From an uncultured Bdellovibrionales bacterium (GTDB taxonomy: Bacteria; Bdellovibrionota; Bdellovibrionia; Bdellovibrionales; UBA1609): a stretch of 47,855 nt of DNA. Positions 1-8,745 of this stretch are shown here, one piece after another. The DNA is taken from contig CALGWV010000031.1 in NCBI GenBank assembly GCA_937936325.1, positions 1 through 47,855 of the forward strand, written 5' to 3'. The notes beneath the pieces are model-generated. The model made no database searches and was not told where the DNA came from. It was given only the letters and a program-made list of their open reading frames with translations. A program made the translations under genes and the position numbers. Within the stretch, counting starts at the first letter, position 1. Each line of letters starts with the position of its first letter.

Positions 1-342
1 GCCCTATTAGGAACTGGGGTGCTCTCGATCTTTATCTCAAGTGTGGCCGGGCAACTGGTGTGTTTAGCACTGCTTCTTTTTCTAATCTTTGTACTCTTTG
101 AAAAATTTGTTAAAAAATCTAAAGTGGGATCAGGTTACAGGAGCAATATTGATGGTTTGATGAACTACACCACCGTTCTGACAGCGGATCTTCCTAAGAT
201 GGGGGCTAAACGCATTAAAATTTATGGAGACTCTTGGACCGTGAAACCCACCTCACCGAATACCGTGTTTTTAAAAGGGGACCGCATTAAAGTGGTTGAG
301 GTTTCAGGCAATCAATTAATCATAGAAAAAGTGAATACGTAG
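1..342 (+). CDS. NfeD-family membrane protein, C-terminal part (5' end lies outside the window)
   Basis: The frame is open from base 1. A hydrophobic segment is followed by a soluble tail (GDSWTVKP...GDRIKVVEVSGNQLIIEK) typical of the NfeD OB-fold. It lies directly upstream of an SPFH gene, the canonical NfeD-SPFH pairing. Confidence 0.6.
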   Translation, partial: ALLGTGVLSIFISSVAGQLVCLALLLFLIFVLFEKFVKKSKVGSGYRSNIDGLMNYTTVLTADLPKMGAKRIKIYGDSWTVKPTSPNTVFLKGDRIKVVEVSGNQLIIEKVNT

Positions 343-379
343 AATCTGAAAGTAAATTAATAATTAAGGAGAGTACTTT

Positions 380-1327
380 ATGGGAATCAGTATGTTTTTA
401 GCAATAAGTATTGTTTTTGTGGCTTTGATCCTCGTGGTTAAAGGTGTCCGAGTGATTAAACAAAGTGAATGTATGGTCATTGAGCGTTTAGGCTCTTATC
501 GAACCACCCTTCATAATGGGCTCAACTTTGTCATTCCTTTTGTGGATCAGGCTCGACCCATTTATTGGGTTTTAGGAGGAGTTTCCTTCCCTACTTCACG
601 AATCGACTTAAGAGAGACCGTCTTAGATATCCCAGAGCAAAGTGTGATTACAAAAGATAATGTGTCCATCAGTATTGATGCTTTGATGTACATCCAGATT
701 ACGGATCCCACCAAAGCCACTTATGAGATTTCAAATTTGCCAGTAGCCGTAACTCAGCTTTCTCAAACCTCACTCAGAAATGTTATTGGTGAAATGGACC
801 TCGATGAAACACTCGCCTCAAGAGACATCATCAACACCAAGCTCAAAATGATTTTGGATGAAGCCACAGACAAATGGGGCACAAAAGTAAACCGTGTGGA
901 GCTTAGAAACATCACTCCTCCTAAAGACATTCAGCATGCCATGGAAAAACAAATGCAAGCCGAGCGTGAAAGACGTGCCAAAGTCCTCGAGGCCGAAGGT
1001 GATAAACAAGCTCGTATCGCTAGATCTGAAGGTCAAAAGTTAGAAAAAATTAACTTAGCCGACGGTGACAGAGAAAGCCGCGTGAGAGAAGCCAACGGTG
1101 AAGCCGCTGCCATTGAAAAAGTGGCCACAGCCAAAAAAATGGCTATTCAAGCTATCACAGACGTAGTTGGCGATAGCAAACTCGCCACCCAGTACCTTGT
1201 GGCCAATAGCTATATTGACGCTATGGAAAGGTTTGTGAGCAAGCCTGGAGATAAGGTCTATATCCCTTATGAGTCTAGCACTGTGTTAAGTAGCCTGGGT
1301 GGGATTAAGGAGATCTTAGGCAAATAG
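380..1327 (+). CDS. SPFH/band-7 (stomatin/prohibitin-like) membrane protein
   Basis: N-terminal TM helix, SPFH core (VIKQSECMVIERLGSY...TKDNVSISIDALMYIQITDP) and a charged coiled-coil tail (EKQMQAERERRAKVLEAEG). AGGAG-type RBS at 367-372. Confidence 0.9.
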   Translation: MGISMFLAISIVFVALILVVKGVRVIKQSECMVIERLGSYRTTLHNGLNFVIPFVDQARPIYWVLGGVSFPTSRIDLRETVLDIPEQSVITKDNVSISIDALMYIQITDPTKATYEISNLPVAVTQLSQTSLRNVIGEMDLDETLASRDIINTKLKMILDEATDKWGTKVNRVELRNITPPKDIQHAMEKQMQAERERRAKVLEAEGDKQARIARSEGQKLEKINLADGDRESRVREANGEAAAIEKVATAKKMAIQAITDVVGDSKLATQYLVANSYIDAMERFVSKPGDKVYIPYESSTVLSSLGGIKEILGK

Positions 1328-1352
1328 ATTTAATTTTTTCTAAATAATAAAA

Positions 1353-1382
1353 GTCCAAATTTCAGATTTGGGCTTTTTTTTT
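1353..1382 (+). terminator. Rho-independent terminator after the SPFH gene
   Basis: Stem GTCCAAAT/ATTTGGGC (one G-U pair) with a 5-nt loop, followed by a run of 9 T. Confidence 0.6.
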
Positions 1383-1393
1383 GCTTTCATTCT

Positions 1394-1577
1394 AGGGGCT
1401 GTGGAAGATTCGTTTATCCACTACAAAAAACATCTTAAGTCGAAACCAAAGTGGGCAACTGAGAAAGTGACACTCGACTGAGTCATAACTAGAGCCTTCA
1501 TTTCATTTTCTCAGTTCGCCATCTACTTTTCGTGAGCTACTTTTCTCATTTGGAAAAACAAATCTTCCACAACCCCT
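1394..1577. repeat. MITE-like palindromic element, family A, full-length copy (184 bp)
   Basis: Terminal inverted repeats AGGGGCTGTGGAAGATTCGTTT (1394-1415) and AAACAAATCTTCCACAACCCCT (1556-1577) match at 20/22. Internal arms are also self-complementary (GGCAACTGAGAAA / TTTCTCAGTTCGCC). A second copy lies at 4850-4952. Confidence 0.7.
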
Positions 1578-1734
1578 ACTCAACTTTAAGTCAGAGCTTT
1601 AGTGAAAGTCTGATAAAAAAATGTACAAGTGGTTTGTACACATTCATATCCCTGGATCTGGGCACTTAGCTTTTAGAATGTTTATACGTGACACAACACT
1701 TAAGGGCAGAGTCATACTTCTGCGCCAAGCTCAA

Positions 1735-4494
1735 TCAGCTTTGGAAACATTGATTGACGATGGCCTCTTGCTCTTGCTTGTGCACCGATGGTGAACCTGT
1801 GGCTGGGCTGGCTCTTTCAGTACGGCCAGCATAAAACAACTCGAAGCTCTCTTCTTTCTCATCTGAGATTTCAGTTAAGAGGTCATTGAGCTTTGGTGCT
1901 ATATAAGTATAAGCTCCCATGTTTTGAGGCTCTTCTTGAGCCCAGACGAACTCCCCGGCATTAGGGTAAGACTTCAGCACGTCTTTAAGAACAGCCTTCG
2001 CTAAAGGATATAGCTGCTCCACACGAACCAGTGCGACAGTCTTAATCTCAGAGTCTTCTTGCTTTTTTAGTAAGTCATAATAGATCTTGCCACTACATAA
2101 AACGATACGCTGAACTTTTGCCTTATCTTGTTTAGCATCATCAATGACGCTTTTAAAGTAGCCCTCTGTAAAGTCACTCACTTTTGACACTACTTGTGAA
2201 TGTCTCAAAAGTGACTTTGGAGTCATAACGATCAGAGGTTTTCTAAAGTTGCGCTTCATTTGCCGACGGATCATGTGAAAGAACTGCGCGGGAGTGCTAG
2301 GATTGCAGACCTGCATATTAGTTTGAGCACAAAGTGTGAGAAACCTCTCTAGCCTTGCACTGGAATGCTCAGGACCTTGCCCCTCATAACCGTGAGGTAA
2401 AAGCAGAACCAGTCCATTCATCTGAAACCATTTGGATTCTCCGCTGGATAAAAACTGATCAATGATAATCTGTGCCCCGTTAGCAAAATCACCAAACTGA
2501 GCTTCCCAAATTGTTAAAAAACTCGGGTCGGATATGGCGTTTCCGTACTCAAAACCCAGAACTGCCATCTCTGACAAGGGGCTGTTATAAACACAAAATT
2601 CATTATTAGATTTAATGAGATTTTTTAAAGGTGTGATTTTCTCTGCTGTTCTAGAATCAAAGTACGAGCTATGCCTGTGGGAAAAAGTCCCACGAATACA
2701 GTCTTGCCCGGAGATTCGAATCGACGTCCCCTCTTGGAGCAAACTTCCGTAAGCCAAAAGCTCACCTAATCCCCAATCAATTCGGTCTTCATCCCACATG
2801 CTTTTACGCTGGCCAATGAGTTTTTGAATCTTACGGTGGATCTCCCCATCCTTAGGAACTTCAGTTAGAACTTGAGCCACCTTAGATAATTCTGTTTGGG
2901 CAACATGGGTCTCTACTGGTTCATCAAAGTCACTCAGGTGACCTTTTTTATAATCCTTCCAGGCTCCTACAAATGGATTAGGTTGGTTTTCTGGAGGGTT
3001 TTTACGAACCTGATCCAAGATGCCTTGAAGGTTTGTGAGCTTTTTATCAAAAAACTCTTTGGCTTCTTTTTGAGAAATTACTTTTTTTTCATCAAGCTGC
3101 TTTGAGTAATGAGCATGAAGTGTCGGGTGTTTTTTAATTACGCTGTACATATGAGGTTGAGTAAAAGCGGGCTCATCCCCCTCGTTATGGCCATACCGAC
3201 GATAGCCTGAAAGTTCGATCATTATATCTTGACCAAACTTTTGACGAAACCTCAAAGCCATATCCATCGCTCGCACACTGGCTTCCACATCATCTGCGTT
3301 GACAATAATAACCGGGGCCTTAATGGTTTTTGCAATATCTGAGCAATAGACTGTTGAGCGAGCATCATCAGGATTAGTCGTAAATCCAATTTGATTGTTT
3401 AAAATAATATGAAGACTTCCCCCGACGCTATAACCTGGAAGTTGGGAGAGTTGAAAGTTCTCACTCACTACGCCTTGGCCAATCACTGCAGCATCTCCGT
3501 GGATCAAAACAGGGATGACTTTTTTTCGAAGCTCCGTATCTTGCCGACGTCTCTGGCTGGCTCTCACCATCCCACAAACAACAGGGCTTACGGCTTCAAG
3601 GTGGCTTGGATTAAAAGCCAAAGACACATGACACGTCCCGTGGTCATAGTGCTTATCCGTTACAAAACCAAGATGGTATTTCACATCCGCATCGTAGTCT
3701 TCAGAAGCCCCCATTTTGCCGTCAAATTCAGCAAAAATATTTTCTAGATTTTTACTCATAAAGTTGGCCAATACATTGATGCGGCCACGATGGGCCATAC
3801 CAATGGCTATCTCCTCAGCTCCCAACTTAATCGATTCAGAAGACAAATGCTCCAACATAGGGATTAAAGCATCACAACCTTCAATGGAAAACCTTTTTGT
3901 TCCCACATAACGAGTATGGATGAATTTTTCAAGACTTTCAGTGCGAGCCACTTGGCTGAGTATTGCTTTTTGCTGTTCAGGCTTTAAGTTGAACTCTGAG
4001 TTTTCCATTTCAGTGATAAACCACTGACGCACTTCTGGCTCACAAGCTGCCACCTGGACAGTGAGAGTACCACAATAGTTGTCTTCGAGTTTTTCAATCA
4101 GTTCTTTGAGAGTTCGAGAACCCGCCCCCCCAAAATCTACTGACGAATTAAGATCAGACTCACTCAGTCCATAACGCTCTGGCGATAACACGTCTGCGTT
4201 TCTTTTTTTAATCCCAAGGGGGTCAATTTGAGCCTTAAGATGTCCATAATCACGGTAAGCCTGAAGCAATTGGAAGGCTCCCAACGAGAGACTTTGCTCT
4301 GAAGGAGTTGATGAAGTTGAAGACTCAGACTTTGATGAGCCCAAATGTTTGGCAAATTCAAGACCTTCAAAAAATTTTTGCCACTCAGCACTTAAGCTCT
4401 CTGGCTCTGTCCTGTAGGTCTCCCAAAGAGATTCGACATATTCCATATTCGGTCTGTTTAAATAACTATAGGTTTTTTCCATGGGATCCTTCAT
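1735..4494 (-). CDS. sucA: 2-oxoglutarate dehydrogenase E1 component
   Basis: 919-aa ORF with E1o signatures: HRGRINVLAN, GDAAVIGQGVV (ThDP binding), YRRYGHNEGDEP, LLLPHGYEGQGPEHSSARLERFL. The start may be the internal MEKTY four codons downstream. Confidence 0.95.
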   Translation of the reverse strand: MKDPMEKTYSYLNRPNMEYVESLWETYRTEPESLSAEWQKFFEGLEFAKHLGSSKSESSTSSTPSEQSLSLGAFQLLQAYRDYGHLKAQIDPLGIKKRNADVLSPERYGLSESDLNSSVDFGGAGSRTLKELIEKLEDNYCGTLTVQVAACEPEVRQWFITEMENSEFNLKPEQQKAILSQVARTESLEKFIHTRYVGTKRFSIEGCDALIPMLEHLSSESIKLGAEEIAIGMAHRGRINVLANFMSKNLENIFAEFDGKMGASEDYDADVKYHLGFVTDKHYDHGTCHVSLAFNPSHLEAVSPVVCGMVRASQRRRQDTELRKKVIPVLIHGDAAVIGQGVVSENFQLSQLPGYSVGGSLHIILNNQIGFTTNPDDARSTVYCSDIAKTIKAPVIIVNADDVEASVRAMDMALRFRQKFGQDIMIELSGYRRYGHNEGDEPAFTQPHMYSVIKKHPTLHAHYSKQLDEKKVISQKEAKEFFDKKLTNLQGILDQVRKNPPENQPNPFVGAWKDYKKGHLSDFDEPVETHVAQTELSKVAQVLTEVPKDGEIHRKIQKLIGQRKSMWDEDRIDWGLGELLAYGSLLQEGTSIRISGQDCIRGTFSHRHSSYFDSRTAEKITPLKNLIKSNNEFCVYNSPLSEMAVLGFEYGNAISDPSFLTIWEAQFGDFANGAQIIIDQFLSSGESKWFQMNGLVLLLPHGYEGQGPEHSSARLERFLTLCAQTNMQVCNPSTPAQFFHMIRRQMKRNFRKPLIVMTPKSLLRHSQVVSKVSDFTEGYFKSVIDDAKQDKAKVQRIVLCSGKIYYDLLKKQEDSEIKTVALVRVEQLYPLAKAVLKDVLKSYPNAGEFVWAQEEPQNMGAYTYIAPKLNDLLTEISDEKEESFELFYAGRTERASPATGSPSVHKQEQEAIVNQCFQS

Positions 4495-4610
4495 CTCTCT
4501 AATTTGGCTTTGCCTCTATCTTATCTCTAAACCAGAGACAGTGACCAGTTCTGTCGCAAATATTAATATGAATATTTTCCACCTGAATGGTTGAAAGTCA
4601 GAATACTTTT

Positions 4611-4793
4611 AACCCAGATTCGCGGATAAGCGGTGAGGGAAAACTCATCAAACGTGCTTCAGCAGTGTCTAGCGCAGAAATTTTCTCGTGAATCGTACTC
4701 ACCTGTACACGGTGAAAAGAGAACATTTTGAGCACGACGCTGAGGGAGGGCGTTTCATGGGTTTTTACCGCCGCATATCCGCGGATCTGGGTT
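4611..4793. repeat. Long imperfect hairpin / MITE-like element, family B (about 183 bp)
   Basis: AACCCAGATTCGCGGATA (4611-4628) is the reverse complement of TATCCGCGGATCTGGGTT (4776-4793) at 17/18. Adjacent sub-arms are also partly complementary. Intergenic, with no credible ORF. Confidence 0.55.
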
Positions 4794-4849
4794 TTAAGTA
4801 CCTTAACAAAGAAATTATAAGGCTTTTGTAGTTTTTAATAAAGATTATT

Positions 4850-4952
4850 AGGGGCTGTGGAAGATTCATCTGTCTAAACGAGAAAAGCAGCTCACGAGAA
4901 AGTAGACTTGAGATGTTTTTTTGCAGTAGACAAACGAATCTTCCATAGCCAC
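4850..4952. repeat. MITE-like element, family A, internally deleted copy in inverted orientation (about 103 bp)
   Basis: Begins AGGGGCTGTGGAAGATTC and ends AAACGAATCTTCCATAGCC. Its interior (GAGAAAAGCAGCTCACGAGAAAGTAGA) is the reverse complement of 1521-1547 in copy 1. About 80 bp of the copy-1 core is missing. Confidence 0.65.
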
Positions 4953-5000
4953 TATAAGGCCAATATTGAAAAGCTATCCATAGATAATAATCTGAAGACA

Positions 5001-6086
5001 CTATTGAAAGTAACTTAAAGGTCTAAAAGTGTAGGCCTGTGCAAGACGGCCCAACTCTCCATCAACTGAAGGGTCATCATTAAGAATATCTTTAAGTTCA
5101 TTTAGAAAAAAACCATAAGCTTCAACTCTTTTAGATAGTTCAGCTTTGGCCTTTGAGATTTTTTTCGAACTTACAGGGGGTGCTTCAGCTTGAAGTCTTC
5201 GAACTTTTAACTGAGCTTTCTCGATATACACCCCATGTGCTAAGGCCCTATCATGTATAAGCTTTAAAAATTCAGCAGGAGCAGATTCATATTTTAAAGT
5301 ATATAAAAATCTCAACAAACCTGGTTGAGTGTCAAACTGAGATATATAAAAACTCTTCTCCGGATCAAACCTAAGTGCTAATTTTTCTCTCATTATCTCG
5401 CGCTTGTCCGAAGTAGGGCCGTAAGGACTTTCATCAATTTTTTTTAATAGTGGTAGTATCCAAGTATTGTTCCGATCATACTCAAGAAAAAAATCATGTA
5501 ACTCGGGTTTGGTAAAATTTGAACGCTCCATTGTCAAAGCTCGAGCCAAAAAATGCGCTGGCAGATTATTAAAATGAGACCTCTGAAAAGCATATGGATC
5601 TAAGGTCCTCCTTGCTCTTTCATAGGTTAACTTAAGGATTTGATAAAAATGTTTCTCATAGACTGGTAACACGTAGTTAGCTTCTGCGCTATCAGAAATA
5701 GCAGCAAATACTTTTTCAAAGTAATCATTCATATGAGCTATTGAAAAGTCAAAGTTGCGAAAATAAAGCTCGGCCAAGCGTGCTCTTTGACTTGAGATTG
5801 CATTTTCATCTAAGCCGTCGGTTCGCATAGACTCCCCAAATAGGGAGAAAACTACAGTTCCATTAGGGGAGGTTACATCCCCAGTAAAAGGATTCACAGC
5901 TTGAGCTACTACAGCAAAATCTGTGCTTGCTGCCAATTTTGCCATAAAATACTCTGCCGACTCATCAGGTCTCGCCTGCTTAACAAAATACCTTTGACAG
6001 GCAGTTTCAACTTGAGAAATATCTAGAACGTTTGCAAAAGATATAGAGGTAAAAAATAAAATTGAAATGAGCAATGATTTTTTCAT
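5001..6086 (-). CDS. Secreted protein of unknown function, paralog 1 of a local family
   Basis: Signal peptide MKKSLLISILFFTSISFA (start moved to the ATG at 6086). Shares the motifs LYFRNFD, SHF..LPAHFLARAL, ESPYG and LLRFLY with the next two genes. C-terminal coiled-coil. Confidence 0.75.
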   Translation of the reverse strand: MKKSLLISILFFTSISFANVLDISQVETACQRYFVKQARPDESAEYFMAKLAASTDFAVVAQAVNPFTGDVTSPNGTVVFSLFGESMRTDGLDENAISSQRARLAELYFRNFDFSIAHMNDYFEKVFAAISDSAEANYVLPVYEKHFYQILKLTYERARRTLDPYAFQRSHFNNLPAHFLARALTMERSNFTKPELHDFFLEYDRNNTWILPLLKKIDESPYGPTSDKREIMREKLALRFDPEKSFYISQFDTQPGLLRFLYTLKYESAPAEFLKLIHDRALAHGVYIEKAQLKVRRLQAEAPPVSSKKISKAKAELSKRVEAYGFFLNELKDILNDDPSVDGELGRLAQAYTFRPLSYFQ

Positions 6087-6240
6087 AAGTATCCAGTGTG
6101 AGTTTTTGATCATATATGTTGGTAATAAATAATAAAATTAAATTGTAAAATTAACAGCTCCAAGTGGAATCAGCAATCTCGAATGTAAATTTAACTCATG
6201 AGCATTTTCGGTCCGGATAAAAGCATAATGCCAGACAAGC

Positions 6241-7239
6241 TTAAACATTTTTTATTTTTAGTTCATAAATGGTTAGAGCTCGTTTTAGACGTTTAACTTT
6301 TTTTAAAGCTCTTGATATCGACTGTCGACTTCTTCTCCTTGCAATCAGCCTCTGATGCTCTGAGATTGCCACCTTAAGTTGAGCCTGATGTTCTCTCAAG
6401 GCTGTAGTGACAACCTCATCAAATTGAGCTTTATCTTCAACTAACACATTCTTAAATAAGAAACCAAGCAGATCTGGCTCTTGCAAAAGATGCACTAATT
6501 GAAATTTTTTATTAATACCGAATTGACTCTCCAAATCCTTGAAAGTGAGTTGAGAATAAGGACTTTCAATAACCCCCATAGCAAAGGGCAAAGACCATTG
6601 TCCGATCTTGAAAAAATTCAAATCAAAATAGCGCTTTTCAAACACATGAGAAAGTCGTTGCTGGCTTCTCATGTCCAAAGTTTTGGCCACAAAATGAGCT
6701 TTGAGTCTATAAAAGTGAGAGCTTCTAAATGGCTCATCTTCCATTTTTTTTCTTGCCACTTCCATTGCAGCATCAATTGTTTTAAAAAATAAAGAATTTT
6801 TCATTGGCAGAGCTGAATAGTCAGCTATAAGTTGAGCCTGAAAAAACTTGCGCATAAAATCGTGGATATGTGCCTCATTAGAAACATCAAAACCATAAAA
6901 ATAAAGAAAGCTGAAGAGCTCCCTTTGACGTAATCCAAGTTTGGAACCTATGCTTTCCAGTCTAATTTGCTCATCCAAGGAGTACAGAGACATGCGGGAA
7001 GTTGCAAACACATGTGCCATAAATGGGTCTACAGCATCTATTTTGGGGGTTATGGAGGTGTTTTTTCCATACTCAAGTCCTTTTGACAAAATGCCATTTA
7101 CAACATTTTTTAATTCAGGAACAGGAACAAATGAACCTAAAAAGAACTCTTCACATCTGAACGCTGGACCCTCTGGTTGACCAGAGGAGAAAGCAATGTT
7201 CGAAAGGCAAAATAAAAAAGTAATAAGTAGAGTTTTCAT
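6241..7239 (-). CDS. Secreted protein of unknown function, paralog 2
   Basis: Signal peptide MKTLLITFLFCLSNIAFS. Motifs LYFYGFD, SHFYRLKAHFVAKTL, ESPYS, LLGFLF. Basic coiled-coil C-terminus. Confidence 0.75.
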   Translation of the reverse strand: MKTLLITFLFCLSNIAFSSGQPEGPAFRCEEFFLGSFVPVPELKNVVNGILSKGLEYGKNTSITPKIDAVDPFMAHVFATSRMSLYSLDEQIRLESIGSKLGLRQRELFSFLYFYGFDVSNEAHIHDFMRKFFQAQLIADYSALPMKNSLFFKTIDAAMEVARKKMEDEPFRSSHFYRLKAHFVAKTLDMRSQQRLSHVFEKRYFDLNFFKIGQWSLPFAMGVIESPYSQLTFKDLESQFGINKKFQLVHLLQEPDLLGFLFKNVLVEDKAQFDEVVTTALREHQAQLKVAISEHQRLIARRRSRQSISRALKKVKRLKRALTIYELKIKNV

Positions 7240-7358
7240 ATTTTAGTCACATTATAGAAGTTCTTATTAAAATACAATTTAGTCCTAGTTAAAAATCTTG
7301 AATCTGATGAAAGTTATCAAGTTTAGTGCTGTCTATGAATTCCCACCAAACTTTATAT

Positions 7359-8384
7359 TTAATCTATTTGATAAGACGTGAGCTCTTCCATGGAAAATAG
7401 TCCTTTTTTTATGAGATCACCTAATTGATATAAAGTCATTTTCAGCTGAGATTCTTTGGAGTCGAGTTTTTTCTTAACTCTTAAAAATCTTGGATCATCT
7501 GAATCAAGCTGGTCAGAGGCCATCTGCTGTAATTTTTCACTAATTCTTGCAATTTGCTCTCTATGCCTTTGAATCACAAATAGGATATCATCAAAAAATG
7601 CAGACTTATCTCCTTCATGAATTGTCTCAAATAAAAACTCAAGAAGCTCAGCCTCTCCCAAAACTTGGTCTAAATAAAAGCTTTCACCTTGGCGGTACTG
7701 AAGCCTCAATCTGTTAATATCACCTCTAAAATATTGACTCTCGCTTATTTTTCTAATTCTCTTAAGATTCCAAACTGAAATTGAACTCAACTTTAAAAAT
7801 TTTTTTCTATGATAGGGAGTTATATCCTGAGGACTGAGCTCAAAAGTAGCGGCCATAGTATCAGCTATAAGATGAGTGAGGCGAGGTTTAGCAATAAATC
7901 CGGCTAAATGTAATTCCTTCTCCCTACGAATGGCAAAATTCATAGCTTGAACATAAAGGCCTGGCTTAGGTTTATGAGCCAGACGATTTTCATCATTGAC
8001 TCTTCCAAGATGATGAACCAAGTGTGATGGATTTCCTGGGTCAAAGTTCATAAAGTATAAGTAAGCCATACTTTTAGCCAAACTGTATTGATCTGCATTG
8101 GTCAAATTATATTGATCTGTAGCCGTTTTTAACGAAAGCGCTATGTCTCTAGCTTTAGGATTAAAAATACGTTTATTAATGGGGTCGACGTTAGGTATAA
8201 AATCAATGCTTCCATCTTGGAGGCCCAGGATAATGACCTTCAAGTCTGGGGTGATGGCTGGTGAATTTGAAAATAATATATTGCAATCTAAAATTTCAGG
8301 CTCAATAGACAATGTAGAATCATTAGCCGCAAACAAAAACTGTGAGCAAAATAAAATTAAAATAATTAAATTTAATTTATACAT
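7359..8384 (-). CDS. Secreted protein of unknown function, paralog 3
   Basis: Signal peptide MYKLNLIILILFCSQFLFA. Motifs LYFMNFD, ESQYF, LLEFLF. C-terminal coiled-coil. Confidence 0.75.
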   Translation of the reverse strand: MYKLNLIILILFCSQFLFAANDSTLSIEPEILDCNILFSNSPAITPDLKVIILGLQDGSIDFIPNVDPINKRIFNPKARDIALSLKTATDQYNLTNADQYSLAKSMAYLYFMNFDPGNPSHLVHHLGRVNDENRLAHKPKPGLYVQAMNFAIRREKELHLAGFIAKPRLTHLIADTMAATFELSPQDITPYHRKKFLKLSSISVWNLKRIRKISESQYFRGDINRLRLQYRQGESFYLDQVLGEAELLEFLFETIHEGDKSAFFDDILFVIQRHREQIARISEKLQQMASDQLDSDDPRFLRVKKKLDSKESQLKMTLYQLGDLIKKGLFSMEELTSYQID

Positions 8385-8404
8385 TTAAAAGTTCCTTTAA
8401 TGTT

Positions 8405-8653
8405 TCAGGCTGATGTAGAAAAAGCCAAACTTCTATCGTCCACATCATAAATTGCAACTTGAAAAGGCTTTACAGCATCCCACGAAGGAACTTCACCAGA
8501 CAATATGTTTTCGACAACGATTAAGGCTTTCCCCTCGGGTTCAACTAAAAAATAACCACGACATTCAGTTGTTGGTAATAAATCTGCAGGATTATTTGCA
8601 AACTGGTGCCACGGCGACAAGGTCAGCATTAAGAGTATAAAAATATTTTTCAT
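8405..8653 (-). CDS. Short secreted protein resembling only the N-terminal module of the paralog family (possible relic)
   Basis: Signal peptide followed by ECRGYFLVEP...VVENILSGEVPSWDAVKPFQVAIYD. This parallels FRCEEFFLGS...VVNGILSKG...IDAVDPFMAHVF of paralog 2. The ORF stops after 82 aa. Confidence 0.5.
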   Translation of the reverse strand: MKNIFILLMLTLSPWHQFANNPADLLPTTECRGYFLVEPEGKALIVVENILSGEVPSWDAVKPFQVAIYDVDDRSLAFSTSA

Positions 8654-8745
8654 AGGCCTGAGAGCCTATATAATGAACCCCAGTTTTGCAATGCTAAATT
8701 ATACAGGACAATAAGCTCATCAACGCTTCATTAAAGCATGGGGGA

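Noticed and set aside
818-4502. Antisense or nested ORFs inside the SPFH and sucA genes (818-1036, 2896-3105, 3409-3747, 3716-3910, 4164-4391, 4308-4502)
   Set aside because: They lie wholly inside strongly supported genes, have low-complexity or odd composition, lack RBSs and carry no motifs. They are typical shadow ORFs.
4765-5001. 78-aa ORF between sucA and the first secreted paralog
   Set aside because: It is largely made of the family A MITE-like repeat (4850-4952) and has no RBS or motif.
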